From: an uncultured Pelagibacteraceae bacterium
Lineage (GTDB): Bacteria; Pseudomonadota; Alphaproteobacteria; Pelagibacterales; Pelagibacteraceae
NCBI GenBank assembly: GCA_902624075.1
Contig: CACNWC010000003.1
Location: 31,819 to 95,818 of the forward strand
Direction: 5' to 3'
DNA: 64,000 nt
Part shown: in pieces, positions 1-12,068 of the stretch
Position numbering within the stretch: the first letter of the stretch is position 1
Layout: every line of letters starts with the position of its first letter
The notes under the pieces: model-generated
Seen by the model: only the letters and a program-made list of their open reading frames with translations
Database searches by the model: none
What the model was told of the DNA's origin: nothing
Made by a program: the position numbers and the translations under genes

Positions 1-132
1 AAAGATATGGAAAAAAGTAAAATTAGTGAGTTATTGAAAGAAGCTGAGAAAGATATAAATAAGTCAGAAATTAGTGACCAAATGAAATATTTAGGTGACC
101 AAAAAATAGATGTTTTAAAATCAATTAATTAA
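1..132 (+). CDS. atpC: 3' end of a CDS, probably F1 ATP synthase epsilon subunit (partial)
   Basis: Frame 1 is open from base 1 to TAA at 130-132 (KDMEKSKISELLKEAEKDINKSEISDQMKYLGDQKIDVLKSIN*), a helical tail like epsilon. The identity rests largely on recalled SAR11 synteny with rppH. Confidence 0.55.
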   Translation, partial: KDMEKSKISELLKEAEKDINKSEISDQMKYLGDQKIDVLKSIN

Positions 133-601
133 TTATCATTTTAATTTTTTTTTGAAGTATCTTATAAACTTCAAGTTTAAAATCGACAACAACATCTGTT
201 ATCATATCTAAATCAATCCACTTCCATTCTAGAAATTCTGGTTTATTGGTATTAATATTAATTTCTTCATCATCTCCAAGATGTCTCATTAAAAACCATT
301 TTTGTTTTTGACCTTTAAACTTACCTTTCCATATTATGCCTAATAAATTATTAGGTAATTCATATGTTGTCATTTCATCAATCTCTTTTATAAGTTTCAC
401 TTTTTTTATACTTGTTTCTTCTTCCAATTCTCTATAAGCAGCAGATAAAAAATCTTCGTTTTCATCTACACCACCCTGAGGCATTTGCCAAAAATTTCCA
501 GGATTATCTATTCTTTTTGCAACAAAAATTTTATTATTTCTATTTAATACTATTATTCCCACACCTTTTCTAAAGGGTAAACTTTTAAATTTTTCTTTCA
601 T
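125..601 (-). CDS. rppH: RNA pyrophosphohydrolase (Nudix)
   Basis: RKGVG, WQMPQGGVD, Nudix box AAYRELEEET, GQKQKWF. Confidence 0.93.
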   Translation of the reverse strand: MKEKFKSLPFRKGVGIIVLNRNNKIFVAKRIDNPGNFWQMPQGGVDENEDFLSAAYRELEEETSIKKVKLIKEIDEMTTYELPNNLLGIIWKGKFKGQKQKWFLMRHLGDDEEININTNKPEFLEWKWIDLDMITDVVVDFKLEVYKILQKKIKMIIN

Positions 602-602
602 T

Positions 603-1739
603 TTAACCGTTTAGAAGTTTTATCGCATAATTCAGTTGGTTATCAGTATCTGATTTAATTTTAAAATCATCTGACCCTTCAGAAATTTCTATATCTGGTA
701 AAACTCCTACTTCGGAAATGGACTTTCCAGAAGGAAGATAATATTTAGCTACAGTTAACCTAATTGCACCATTATTTTTGAGTGGTATGATTGATTGTAC
801 AGATCCTTTTCCATAACTATTTTCTCCTAATAAAATAGCTCTTTTATGATCTTTCAATGCACCTGCAACAATTTCAGATGCTGAAGCCGATCCATAATTA
901 ATTAGAACAATTAAAGATTTTCCATTTGTCAAATCTCCTTTATTTGCAAACCACTTTCGGTTTTCAGAATTTTTTCTACCTTTTGTTGAAACAATTTCAC
1001 CATCGTTAAGAAAAAAATCTGAAATTGCTATTGCCTGTGAAAGTAGTCCGCCTGGATTATTTCTTAAATCTAAAATATATGATCTTATATTATCATTATT
1101 CTCAAATTTTTTTATTTCTTTTTTTATTTGATTTCCGCTGTTTTCATTAAATGAAGTTAATCTTAAATAGCCAATATTTTTATCTAAAATTTCGGCTTTG
1201 ACTGATTTTATTTGGATAATTTCTCTTGTAATTTGAAATGTAAGCGCTTTTTTTTCACCACTTCTTCTTACCGTTAATTCTATTTCTGTATTTACAGGTC
1301 CTCGCATGAGTTCTACAGCTTCACTTAAAGTTTTTCCTTGAACCTGAATATTGTCTATTTTTACAATATAGTCTCCTGCTTTAATACCTGCTCTTGAAGC
1401 TGGGGTATCATCAATAGGTGAAATTACTTTTACAACTCCAGCCTCCATACCAACTTCAATTCCCAATCCTCCAAATTCTCCACTAGTTTCAGTTTGCATT
1501 TCCTCAAAAATCTCTGGAGACATGTAAGCTGAATATGGATCTAATGACTGTAATAGACCATTTATGGCTGAATCCATACTTTCAGAAGGGTTTATTTCGT
1601 CAACATATTCTTTACTTATTTTTTCAAGAACTTCACCAAATATATCTATTTTTTTATAAATAGTATTTTCATTTGCAAGAATATTATTATTTTTAAAAAA
1701 CAACAAAGCAAATAAAAGTAAAAAAATTTTTTTTATCAT
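603..1739 (-). CDS. ctpA: C-terminal processing protease, S41A, with PDZ domain
   Basis: Signal peptide, LDPYS, GLGIEV PDZ, DLRNNPGGLL, SASASEIV, GKGSVQ. Confidence 0.95.
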   Translation of the reverse strand: MIKKIFLLLFALLFFKNNNILANENTIYKKIDIFGEVLEKISKEYVDEINPSESMDSAINGLLQSLDPYSAYMSPEIFEEMQTETSGEFGGLGIEVGMEAGVVKVISPIDDTPASRAGIKAGDYIVKIDNIQVQGKTLSEAVELMRGPVNTEIELTVRRSGEKKALTFQITREIIQIKSVKAEILDKNIGYLRLTSFNENSGNQIKKEIKKFENNDNIRSYILDLRNNPGGLLSQAIAISDFFLNDGEIVSTKGRKNSENRKWFANKGDLTNGKSLIVLINYGSASASEIVAGALKDHKRAILLGENSYGKGSVQSIIPLKNNGAIRLTVAKYYLPSGKSISEVGVLPDIEISEGSDDFKIKSDTDNQLNYAIKLLNG

Positions 1740-2086
1740 ATTATTAATTTTTCTTTTGGAATTAATTCAGACCATATTTTTTCTAGTTCATAAAATTTTC
1801 TTTTTTCGGGATGAAAAATATGAACGATTAAGTCAATGCCATCTACCAATTTCCACTCATCACTATCTTTGCCTTCAATTTTAGAGTTACTAACGCCATT
1901 GTCTTTTAATTTTTCTAAAACTTGCTCAGATAATGCTTGGATATGCCTAGAAGAAGTTCCACTTGCTATGATCATGTAATCTGCCATAGAACTTTTATTT
2001 TTTAAGTCTATACTTATTATATCCTGAGCTTTATTAATGTCTAAGGTTTCTATAATAACTTTTTTTAAATTTACGATTTTATCCAT
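1736..2086 (-). CDS. rsfS: Ribosome silencing factor (Iojap)
   Basis: KAQDIISIDL, IIASGTSSRH, WKLVD, VHIFHPEKRKFYELEKIW. Confidence 0.93.
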   Translation of the reverse strand: MDKIVNLKKVIIETLDINKAQDIISIDLKNKSSMADYMIIASGTSSRHIQALSEQVLEKLKDNGVSNSKIEGKDSDEWKLVDGIDLIVHIFHPEKRKFYELEKIWSELIPKEKLII

Positions 2087-2103
2087 TAATTAATTTAACC
2101 TTA

Positions 2104-2622
2104 TCAAATTTTTCTTAATTGAGAAGATGAAATATTGACCTTTTTAAATTCAACAAAACTTAAATTTTTACCATTAAGTCTTTTAAATGAGATTGAATTT
2201 AATGATTTTTTTTTATATCCACTTCTATCAAAAACTATAATTTTGTATTTTTGTGAAATAATTTTCCATTTATGCCATCTGTGGAAATTGATTAAATTAT
2301 CAGCACCCATTAAAAAGTAAATGTCAGTTTTTGTAGCTCTATATATATGATTTAATAAATCAATAGTTTTATTTGATTTAATAATTTTTTCATAAAATTT
2401 CACTTTAATAAATTTTTTGGATTTTATAATTTTTCTGCATCCTTTTATTCTATCGGCAATAGTTGTTTTACTTCTTTTCTTTAGAGGATTTTTTGTAGTT
2501 ATTGCCCAAATTATTTTTTTTAAATCAAATTTTTTTTGAGCTTCTATAGATATTGCTAAATGGCCTTTATGAGCTGGATCAAAAGATCCACCAAGTATCC
2601 CTATTTTATATTTTGAACTCAA
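2104..2622 (-). CDS. nadD: Nicotinate-nucleotide adenylyltransferase
   Basis: GGSFDPAHKGH, MGADNL, ISSSQLR. TTG start preceded by AAGGA. Confidence 0.92.
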   Translation of the reverse strand: MSSKYKIGILGGSFDPAHKGHLAISIEAQKKFDLKKIIWAITTKNPLKKRSKTTIADRIKGCRKIIKSKKFIKVKFYEKIIKSNKTIDLLNHIYRATKTDIYFLMGADNLINFHRWHKWKIISQKYKIIVFDRSGYKKKSLNSISFKRLNGKNLSFVEFKKVNISSSQLRKI

Positions 2623-2623
2623 A

Positions 2624-3873
2624 TTATTTCCTTATTTTTCCACTACTAGTAATTTGATATTTATAAGAGACTAATTGATTAAGACCAACAGGACCCCTTG
2701 GAGGGAGCACATTGGTAGAAATACCAACTTCACCTCCAAAACCAAATTCACCACCATCAGCAAATTGTGTAGATGTATTATGCATAGCTATTGCACTTTT
2801 TACATTTGATAAAAATATTTTTGCGTTTTTTTTATTTTGGGTAATAATCGAGTCTGTATGCATAGTACCATATTTATTTATATGCATAACAGCTTCATTT
2901 AAATTTTTTACTGACTTCACAGAAACAATTGGTGATAAGTATTCTTTAGACCAGTCTTTGTTGGTAGCTTTAAATATTTTTCCTTTATAAAATTTTCTAA
3001 TATTTCTATCTCCAAATATTTTACAACCATTATTTTCTAGCCCTTTTAAGATAAAGTTACATGATTTTTTTAAAATTTTTTTGTGCATTAAAATTGTTTC
3101 TGTTGCACCACATATTGCGGTATTTCTAAGTTTTGCATTAATAATAATTTTTTTTGCAATCTTAAAGTTTGCATCTTTATCAATAAAAGTGTGACAAATT
3201 CCTTCTAAATGTCCAATTATTGGTAAATTAGCTAAATTTTGAACTTTCTTTACTAGATTTTTTCCACCTCTTGGAATGATAACATCAATATACTTGTTCA
3301 TTTTTGTTAACAAGAAATTAACAACATTTCTATTTCTATTATCAATAAATTGGACAAAGTTTTCATCAATATTATTTTTTTTTAAGGATTTTCTAAATAG
3401 TTTTGACAAAATTCTATTTGAGTAAAATGCTTCTTTTCCACCTTTTAAAATTACTGCATTTCCAGATTTAAAACATAAAGATGCAACATCAGATGTAACA
3501 TTAGGTCTGCTTTCATAGATAATACCAATAATTCCAATTGGAATTGAAATCTTTGATATCTGTAAACCATTTGGTCTTTTCCACTTTTCTAAGATAACAT
3601 TTGTTGGATCTTTAAGCTTAATTATAGATTTAATTGAATAAATAATACTTAAAATTTTCTTTTCATCTAAAATAAGCCGGTCAATAAAATTTTTCTTTAA
3701 TCTTTCCTTTTTTGCATTTTGAACATCTTTATTATTTTGTTGAATAATTATTTTTTTATTTTTTTTTATTAAATCACAATAATCTTTTAAAACTTTATTT
3801 TTTTTTTTAGAATTTGGTTGAGAAAAGAAGGCTTTTTTTGATTTTTTTCCAATTTCAATAAGTTTGTTTTTCA

Positions 3874-3874
<1 letters not shown>
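2624..3874 (-). CDS. proA: Gamma-glutamyl phosphate reductase
   Basis: IYESRPNVT, IIPRGG, CGATET, FADGGEFGFGGEVGIST, RGPVGL. Confidence 0.96.
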
Positions 3875-5962
<2,088 letters not shown>

Positions 5963-5980
5963 CTAGTTTTAGTTGTACTA

Positions 5981-6235
5981 TTAATTGGGTTTTACTGAAA
6001 CAAAAGTTCTATCTGACTTAGTTTTTTTAAAAACTACTTTACCCTTTATAACTGAGAAAATTGAGTGATCTTTTCCCATTCCAACATTTTCACCAGGAAA
6101 AATTTTCGTACCTCTTTGTCTTACAATAATGTTACCAGGAATTACAATTTCACCACTATATTTTTTGACACCAAGTCTTCTTCCAGCACTATCTCTGCCG
6201 TTTCTAGATGATCCACCTGCTTTTTTAGTTGCCAT
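5981..6235 (-). CDS. rpmA: 50S ribosomal protein bL27
   Basis: [32 protein letters not shown]. Confidence 0.98.
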   Translation of the reverse strand: MATKKAGGSSRNGRDSAGRRLGVKKYSGEIVIPGNIIVRQRGTKIFPGENVGMGKDHSIFSVIKGKVVFKKTKSDRTFVSVKPN

Positions 6236-6248
6236 AATTATTTCCTAA

Positions 6249-6647
6249 TTATTTACTTGCTTTTTTTTCAGGCACTTCTTTTTTAGAAGGCTTTAAAATT
6301 TTTTCAGCTTCAGATAAAAGTTTACCATCTTTTGAAAAAATTTTGTTAATTTTAATCATAGAATATTGTTGTCTATGTCCATTCTTTCTTCTTGAATTTT
6401 GTCTTCGTCTTTTTTTAAAAATTAAAATAGTTCTATTTTTACTATTTTTAATAAGATTTGCCTCAACTTTTGCGCCTTGAATAGTTGGTGCACCAATCTC
6501 TATTATTTTATTATCTCCGTATGCTAAAATTTCTTTAAATTCTATTTTACTATCAGGCTTTAAATTAGGTAATTTCTCTATTTTCAAGATTTCACCTGAT
6601 TTAACTTTATATTGTTTTCCACCTGTTTGTATTACTGCGTAAGACAT
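6249..6647 (-). CDS. rplU: 50S ribosomal protein bL21 with Lys-rich C-terminal extension
   Basis: YAVIQTGGKQYKV, FKKRRRQNSRRKNGHRQ. Confidence 0.97.
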   Translation of the reverse strand: MSYAVIQTGGKQYKVKSGEILKIEKLPNLKPDSKIEFKEILAYGDNKIIEIGAPTIQGAKVEANLIKNSKNRTILIFKKRRRQNSRRKNGHRQQYSMIKINKIFSKDGKLLSEAEKILKPSKKEVPEKKASK

Positions 6648-6672
6648 AATATTGTTAAAAATTAATTAGCGC

Positions 6673-6700
6673 AATATAAACTGAGCTTGATTATAGTCAA
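6673..6700 (-). promoter_or_regulatory. Putative sigma70 promoter of rplU-rpmA
   Basis: Minus strand TTGACT-N16-TATATT upstream of the rplU ATG. Confidence 0.5.
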
Positions 6701-6710
6701 GATATTAAAA

Positions 6711-7430
6711 TTAAAAATTATCCTTTAAATCTCTTAATTTTGAAAAGCTTTTTACATCTTTAGCTTTAAGAAAAATATTACATTCCAGTTCATCACTTAA
6801 AATTGTCGGTAAAGTTGGTAAATTATTCTTAATTTTTTCTTTAATTTTAATAATCTTTTCCTTAAGTTTAGTATTTTCAGAATCATTAGCCAAACAAAAA
6901 TCGGAATTTTTTAAAGTATATTCATGACCGCAATAAATTTCTGTATTACCAGGAAGTTTTTTTATTCTATTTAATGAGCTAAACATTTGATTATATGTTC
7001 CCTCAAAAATTCTTCCACAACCAAGTGAAAACAAAGTGTCTCCAGTGAAAATTTTTTTTTCATTAAAAAAATGAAAAGCAATATGACCTTTGGTGTGACC
7101 AGGAATATGATAAATTTTAGCCTCAAAATTATCTCTTTTCCAAATTTGATTATCATCGAGGAGAGTATCTATTTTTGGAATACGATCCCTATCACCTTTA
7201 AAACCCACAACTTCAGAGTTATACTTCTTTTTTAATTCAATATTCCCACCAATATGATCAAAATGATGGTGAGTATTAAGGATATATTTAAGAGTAATTT
7301 TTTTACCATTTAAGAAATTTATTATAGGAGCTGCTTCGCTTGGATCAACAACACATGCTATTTGAGTTTTTTCATCAATAATCATATAACTATAATTATC
7401 TTGAAGGCATTTAATAATTTCAATTTTCAT
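6711..7430 (-). CDS. gloB: Hydroxyacylglutathione hydrolase (glyoxalase II)
   Basis: DNYSY, THHHFDHIGG, PGHTKGH, FTGDTLFSLGCGR, CGHEYT. Confidence 0.95.
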   Translation of the reverse strand: MKIEIIKCLQDNYSYMIIDEKTQIACVVDPSEAAPIINFLNGKKITLKYILNTHHHFDHIGGNIELKKKYNSEVVGFKGDRDRIPKIDTLLDDNQIWKRDNFEAKIYHIPGHTKGHIAFHFFNEKKIFTGDTLFSLGCGRIFEGTYNQMFSSLNRIKKLPGNTEIYCGHEYTLKNSDFCLANDSENTKLKEKIIKIKEKIKNNLPTLPTILSDELECNIFLKAKDVKSFSKLRDLKDNF

Positions 7431-8027
7431 TTATTTTCCTATTAAAAATATACCTAATTCTCCAAACAAATTTTTTATAAAAAGATTAGAATTATTTATA
7501 TCTGATATATTTTTATTCCTTAACGCTAAAGATTTAAAAATTTTAAAACCTATAATTTCTGAAAATTTTACAAAATCTTTAATTGTACACATATGGATAT
7601 TCGGGGTATTATACCAGCTATGTGGCAGCGAATTTGTGATTGGCATAGTTCCTTTGCTTAACAAATTGAGTCTAACTTTCCAATGTCCAAAATTTGGAAT
7701 TGTTACAATTGCTTTTTTGCCAACTCTTAAAAGTTCTTTGATAACTACCTCTGGATTTATAAAAGCTTGCAAAGTTTGTCCAAGTACGACGTAATCAAAA
7801 GAATAATTTGGAAATTGTTTCAAGTCGAATTCTGCATTTCCCTCAATAACAGTCAAACCTTTAGCTATACAGATTTGAACTTTTTCTTTGGAAATTTCAA
7901 TTCCTCTTATATTAGTATTTTTATTTATCTTTAAAAATTCCATTAAAGTTCCATCGTCACATCCCACATCTAATACATTTGAATTTTTTTCAATTATATT
8001 AGCAATTATCTTATATTCTGTTTTCAT
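7431..8027 (-). CDS. metW: Methionine biosynthesis protein MetW
   Basis: VLDVGC SAM motif, TIPNFGHW, WYNTPNIHMCT; directly after metX. Confidence 0.93.
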   Translation of the reverse strand: MKTEYKIIANIIEKNSNVLDVGCDDGTLMEFLKINKNTNIRGIEISKEKVQICIAKGLTVIEGNAEFDLKQFPNYSFDYVVLGQTLQAFINPEVVIKELLRVGKKAIVTIPNFGHWKVRLNLLSKGTMPITNSLPHSWYNTPNIHMCTIKDFVKFSEIIGFKIFKSLALRNKNISDINNSNLFIKNLFGELGIFLIGK

Positions 8028-9148
8028 TATATTTTTTCTGTAAAAGATTTGTCTAAAAAATTTTTAAGAGCTTTTAAAAAATCTGGAACATCTAATAAGA
8101 AAGAATCGTGTCCTTTATCAGACTCAATTTCTACAAAACCCACATTTGCACCGATTGCATTTAGTGCAATAACAATATCTTTATTCTCTTGCGTTGGGTA
8201 GAGCCAGTCAGATGTAAAAGATATTACAAAAAATTTAGTTTTTGTGTTTTGAAAAGCATTAGACAAATTACCATTAAATTGTTTAATTAAATCAAAATAA
8301 TCCATTGCTCTAGTTATATAAAGATAACTATTTGCATCAAATCGATCAACAAACACAGACCCCTGATATCTTAAATAACTTTCTATTTGAAAGTCTGCAT
8401 CAAAACCAAATTTAAGGTCATCTCTTTCCTGTAGTTTTCTTCCAAATTTTTCTTGAAGTCCTTTTTTTGAGAGATAAGTAATATGTGCAGCCATTCGAGC
8501 TACGGCTAATCCTTTGTCAGGCACAGTATTTTTTGATGTATATTTTCCATCTAGCCAATTGTGATCTGCGGCAATCGCTTGTCTTCCTAGTTCATTGAAT
8601 GCAATATTTTGTGCTGAATGACTAGATGTACAAGCAATAGGTATAGCAGTTTTAGCTTTGTTGGGAAAATTACTTACGAATTGTAAAACTTGCATTCCAC
8701 CCATTGAACCACCTACGACCGAAAAAAGTTTTTTGATTCCAAAAAAATCTAATAAATTTACTTGAGCATTAACCATATCATTTATTGTAATGACTGGGAA
8801 ATCAGTTCCATATATCATCTTGGTTTTAGGATTTTCATGACTTGGACCAAAAGACCCCATACATCCACCAAGTACATTTGCACAAATTACAAAATATTTG
8901 TTTGTATCTATAGATTTATTTGGTCCAACAGCATAACTCCACCACCCATCTTTTTTTGTTATTGGATTTGTCCCAGTTACAAATTGATCTCCAGTCAAAG
9001 CATGAAAAACCAAAATTGCATTATCCTTATTTTCATTTAATGAACCATAAGTTTCATATGCCAAAGGAAAATTATTAATAGTTTGACCGCAATCTAGTTT
9101 AAGAGGTTTTTCAATTATTAATTTTTTAATATTATCTTTAGTATTCAT
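8027..9148 (-). CDS. metX: Homoserine O-acyltransferase
   Basis: [33 protein letters not shown] at 9148 preferred over TTG at 9163. Confidence 0.95.
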   Translation of the reverse strand: MNTKDNIKKLIIEKPLKLDCGQTINNFPLAYETYGSLNENKDNAILVFHALTGDQFVTGTNPITKKDGWWSYAVGPNKSIDTNKYFVICANVLGGCMGSFGPSHENPKTKMIYGTDFPVITINDMVNAQVNLLDFFGIKKLFSVVGGSMGGMQVLQFVSNFPNKAKTAIPIACTSSHSAQNIAFNELGRQAIAADHNWLDGKYTSKNTVPDKGLAVARMAAHITYLSKKGLQEKFGRKLQERDDLKFGFDADFQIESYLRYQGSVFVDRFDANSYLYITRAMDYFDLIKQFNGNLSNAFQNTKTKFFVISFTSDWLYPTQENKDIVIALNAIGANVGFVEIESDKGHDSFLLDVPDFLKALKNFLDKSFTEKI

Positions 9149-9183
9149 AATTAAGGCTGGCAATTGAATTGTGAGAAAAAAAA

Positions 9184-9233
9184 CTTTTTTAGCTGTTTTT
9201 TTAAAGCGCTCGCAATTCAGTTAAATCAGCGCA
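9184..9233 (-). ncRNA. SAM-II (SAM-alpha) riboswitch
   Basis: Minus strand UGCGCUGAUUUAACUGAAUUGCGAGCGCUUUAAAAAAACAGCUAAAAAAG: P1 GCGCU/AGCGC, conserved UGAUUUAAC, UUGC and GCUAAAAA(A)G elements, in the 5' UTR of metX. Confidence 0.92.
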
Positions 9234-9238
9234 TAAAT

Positions 9239-9267
9239 TTTGTACAAGAAGTTATTTAGTATGTCAA
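9239..9267 (-). promoter_or_regulatory. Sigma70 promoter for riboswitch-metX-metW-gloB
   Basis: TTGACA-N17-TACAAA with TG just before the -10, ending about 6 nt before the riboswitch P1. Confidence 0.75.
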
Positions 9268-9346
9268 TTTTAAAAATATTTGCACTTAAACTATATAAAA
9301 AATTGTTATTTTATTTATAAAGAGCTTAAAAAAATAAAAAACAGCT

Positions 9347-10426
9347 ATGCTGAAATTTAAAAAATTTAACATTGAGACCTATAAACCAGGCAAATCAAGC
9401 ATTAAGAAGTTTAAAAAGATTATCAAACTTTCTGCTAATGAGTCTGCTTTGGGGATGAGCTCAAAAGTTAAGAAAGTTATATCCAGCAAAAATTTAAATT
9501 TTTTTAGGTATCCGGATGGCAAATCAAAAATTTTAAGAAGTCAAATTGCAAAAAAATTTAAATGTAATAAGGAGAGAATTATTTGTGGAGCTGGTTCAGA
9601 TGAAGTAATCCAGATGTTGTGTCAGCTATTTTTAAAACCTAAAGATGAGGTGGTTGTACCACAATTTAGTTTTTTGATGTATAGAATCTATGCCAAAATA
9701 GCTGGAGCAAATGTAATATTTGCTAAAGAAAACAAATTCAAGGTATCAGTCTCAGAAATAATTAAAAAAGTTTCAAAAAAAACAAAAATTGTTTTTTTGG
9801 CTAATCCAAATAATCCAACAGGAACTTATTTAACTCAACTAGAATTAACTGAGTTGAGAAAAAAATTACGAAAAAATATTTTGTTAGTGGTTGATGATGC
9901 TTACGCAGAGTATATGAAAAATATAGATTATAAATCTGGCTTAGATTTATTTAAAAATAAACAAAATGTTTTTATATTAAGAACCTTTTCAAAAATTTAT
10001 GGATTATCATCTCTGAGAATTGGATGGGGTTATGGATCAAAAAAAATTATTGATGGTTTGAATATTATCAAACCTCCATTCAATGTTAATGAAGTTGCTC
10101 AAAAAGCAGCTGTTGAGTCACTTAAAGATGATAAATTCATTTCTCTTTCAATAAAACATAATATATTTTACGCAACTAAATTAAAAGATTTTCTAAATAA
10201 GTATGATATTAGTACAAATAAAGTTTCTGCTAATTTTTTATTATTGGATTTTACAAAGTGCAAATTAAAGGCCAAATATTTTTATGAAAGATTAAAAATG
10301 AAGGGAATTATTTTAAGATCTACAGAAAGTGGTTATAAAATAAAAAATATGTTGAGATTAACTATTGGATCAAAAAAAGAAAATTTAAGATTTATGAAGG
10401 AAACAGAGAATATATTCAAAAAATGA
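9347..10426 (+). CDS. hisC: Histidinol-phosphate aminotransferase
   Basis: KLSANES, GSDEVI, NPNNPTG, DDAYAEY, RTFSKIYGL. Confidence 0.94.
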   Translation: MLKFKKFNIETYKPGKSSIKKFKKIIKLSANESALGMSSKVKKVISSKNLNFFRYPDGKSKILRSQIAKKFKCNKERIICGAGSDEVIQMLCQLFLKPKDEVVVPQFSFLMYRIYAKIAGANVIFAKENKFKVSVSEIIKKVSKKTKIVFLANPNNPTGTYLTQLELTELRKKLRKNILLVVDDAYAEYMKNIDYKSGLDLFKNKQNVFILRTFSKIYGLSSLRIGWGYGSKKIIDGLNIIKPPFNVNEVAQKAAVESLKDDKFISLSIKHNIFYATKLKDFLNKYDISTNKVSANFLLLDFTKCKLKAKYFYERLKMKGIILRSTESGYKIKNMLRLTIGSKKENLRFMKETENIFKK

Positions 10427-11319
10427 AAAATGTATTAATTTTAGGTTGTGGATTATTGGGTTCTTCTTTAGTTAGAAGAATTTCAAAAAAGAAAATAGCA
10501 AAAAAAATATTTATTTTCGAAAAATCAAAATTGAATATAGCCAAGATTAAGAAATTGAAATTATCTGGAACAATAATAAGATCTTTGAAAGATGGGGTGG
10601 TTAATTCAGATCTGATTATTTTTTGTACACCAATGAGTGAATATAAAAACCTTATTTTAAAAATTAATAAATATATATCACCAAAAACAATTATTACTGA
10701 TATTGGTTCTTCAAAATATGAGTCATCAAAAATTATCAAAAAATTTTTAAGGAAAGGTATTAATTGGACTCAAAGTCATCCTATAACAGGATCTGAAGTA
10801 AGCGGACCAGAACATGGTAAACAAGATATGTTTGAGAAAAAGTGGTGTATTTTAATCAAAGATAAAAAAACTAATTTAAAACATATTAAATTTTTAAACT
10901 CTTTTTGGAAAAAAGTAGGTTCTAAAACTGTAGTTATGAATTCAGAAGAACATGATAAAATTTTTTCGATTACAAGTCATTTACCTCATTTGATTGCTTA
11001 TAATTTAGTTAAATCAGCTCAAGATTTTGAGAAAATACAGAGATTTGATCTTATAAAATATAGTGCAGGCGGTTTAAGAGACTTTTCAAGAATAGCAGCA
11101 TCAAATGAGATTATGTGGAGAGATATTTTTTTTGATAACAAAAAAAACTTAATAAAAGCTATAGAATTATTTATTAAAAATTTAAATGGTTTTAAGAAAG
11201 ATATTAATTTAAGAAATAATAAGTCTATTTTAAAAAAATTAGTTCAAACTAAAAAAGTTAGATATAAGATTATCAAATTAAAACAAGATATAAATAAACC
11301 AGATTTTGGAAGAAGTTAA
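10423..11319 (+). CDS. tyrC: Prephenate/cyclohexadienyl dehydrogenase
   Basis: GCGLLGSS, TDIGSSK, HPITGSE, SHLPHL, GGLRDFSRIAAS; follows hisC as in other alphaproteobacteria. Confidence 0.9.
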   Translation: MKNVLILGCGLLGSSLVRRISKKKIAKKIFIFEKSKLNIAKIKKLKLSGTIIRSLKDGVVNSDLIIFCTPMSEYKNLILKINKYISPKTIITDIGSSKYESSKIIKKFLRKGINWTQSHPITGSEVSGPEHGKQDMFEKKWCILIKDKKTNLKHIKFLNSFWKKVGSKTVVMNSEEHDKIFSITSHLPHLIAYNLVKSAQDFEKIQRFDLIKYSAGGLRDFSRIAASNEIMWRDIFFDNKKNLIKAIELFIKNLNGFKKDINLRNNKSILKKLVQTKKVRYKIIKLKQDINKPDFGRS

Positions 11320-12068
11320 TATTTTTGAATATTACTTATTTTCTTTACTTTTAAATTTGCAGTCCTGTCGATTAAATCAATAGTAAATTTTGTTGACATT
11401 TTTAATACTTTTTTTTTTGGACCATATGCATGAATAAAGTTTGAACGATTAATACATATACCAACATGTCCTTTCCAAAAAATAATATCTCCTTTAACTA
11501 ATTTTTTTTTTGATCTCATTTTACAATATTTCATTTGATCTTTTGAATCTCTTGGAAAAAAGAGTCTATTATAATAAAAATAAATTTGAATTAATGCCGA
11601 ACAATCAATACCCTTAGAAGTTTTTCCACCCCATAAATATTTAGTATTTAAAAATTGTTTAAAAATTTTATTAAAATTGCTTTCGTAGTGGTTGATATTT
11701 TTAGTATCTTTTTTTTTTATCCATTTATTTTTTTCGAATTCAAAATAATTTTTATCTTTTTTCTTAAAAGAAATTCCTGATCCAAAATACAAAAAATTAT
11801 TTGTTGAAAAAAATTTATTACCTTTTTTTTTAAAAATTCTTGATTTTATTTTATAAATTTTATTAGTTGGTTTAAATTTTCCATAAAATTTTTCTTTTTT
11901 GATATATCCAACATAACTATCATAATTTGTTTTAATTTTTACCCAATTTTTTTTTTTTTGTAAAATTCTAAATTTTTCCCCATATAAAATTTGTGAAGTA
12001 ACTTCAGAGTCTGAATTAGGTTTTGAGTAAATATTTCCTACAGAATTGTTAAAAAAATTATTTATCAC
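11316..12068 (-). CDS. SH3 + NlpC/P60 peptidoglycan peptidase
   Basis: SQILYGE SH3-like N-terminus; YLWGG-GIDCSAL, PRDS, GHVG, IHA catalytic motifs. Confidence 0.9.
   Translation of the reverse strand: MINNFFNNSVGNIYSKPNSDSEVTSQILYGEKFRILQKKKNWVKIKTNYDSYVGYIKKEKFYGKFKPTNKIYKIKSRIFKKKGNKFFSTNNFLYFGSGISFKKKDKNYFEFEKNKWIKKKDTKNINHYESNFNKIFKQFLNTKYLWGGKTSKGIDCSALIQIYFYYNRLFFPRDSKDQMKYCKMRSKKKLVKGDIIFWKGHVGICINRSNFIHAYGPKKKVLKMSTKFTIDLIDRTANLKVKKISNIQKY

Noticed and set aside
2620-2643. Possible nadD pseudogene: in-frame GTG GAA AAA TAA upstream of the TTG start
   Set aside because: All catalytic motifs lie downstream of the TTG, which has AAGGA upstream, so the gene looks intact.
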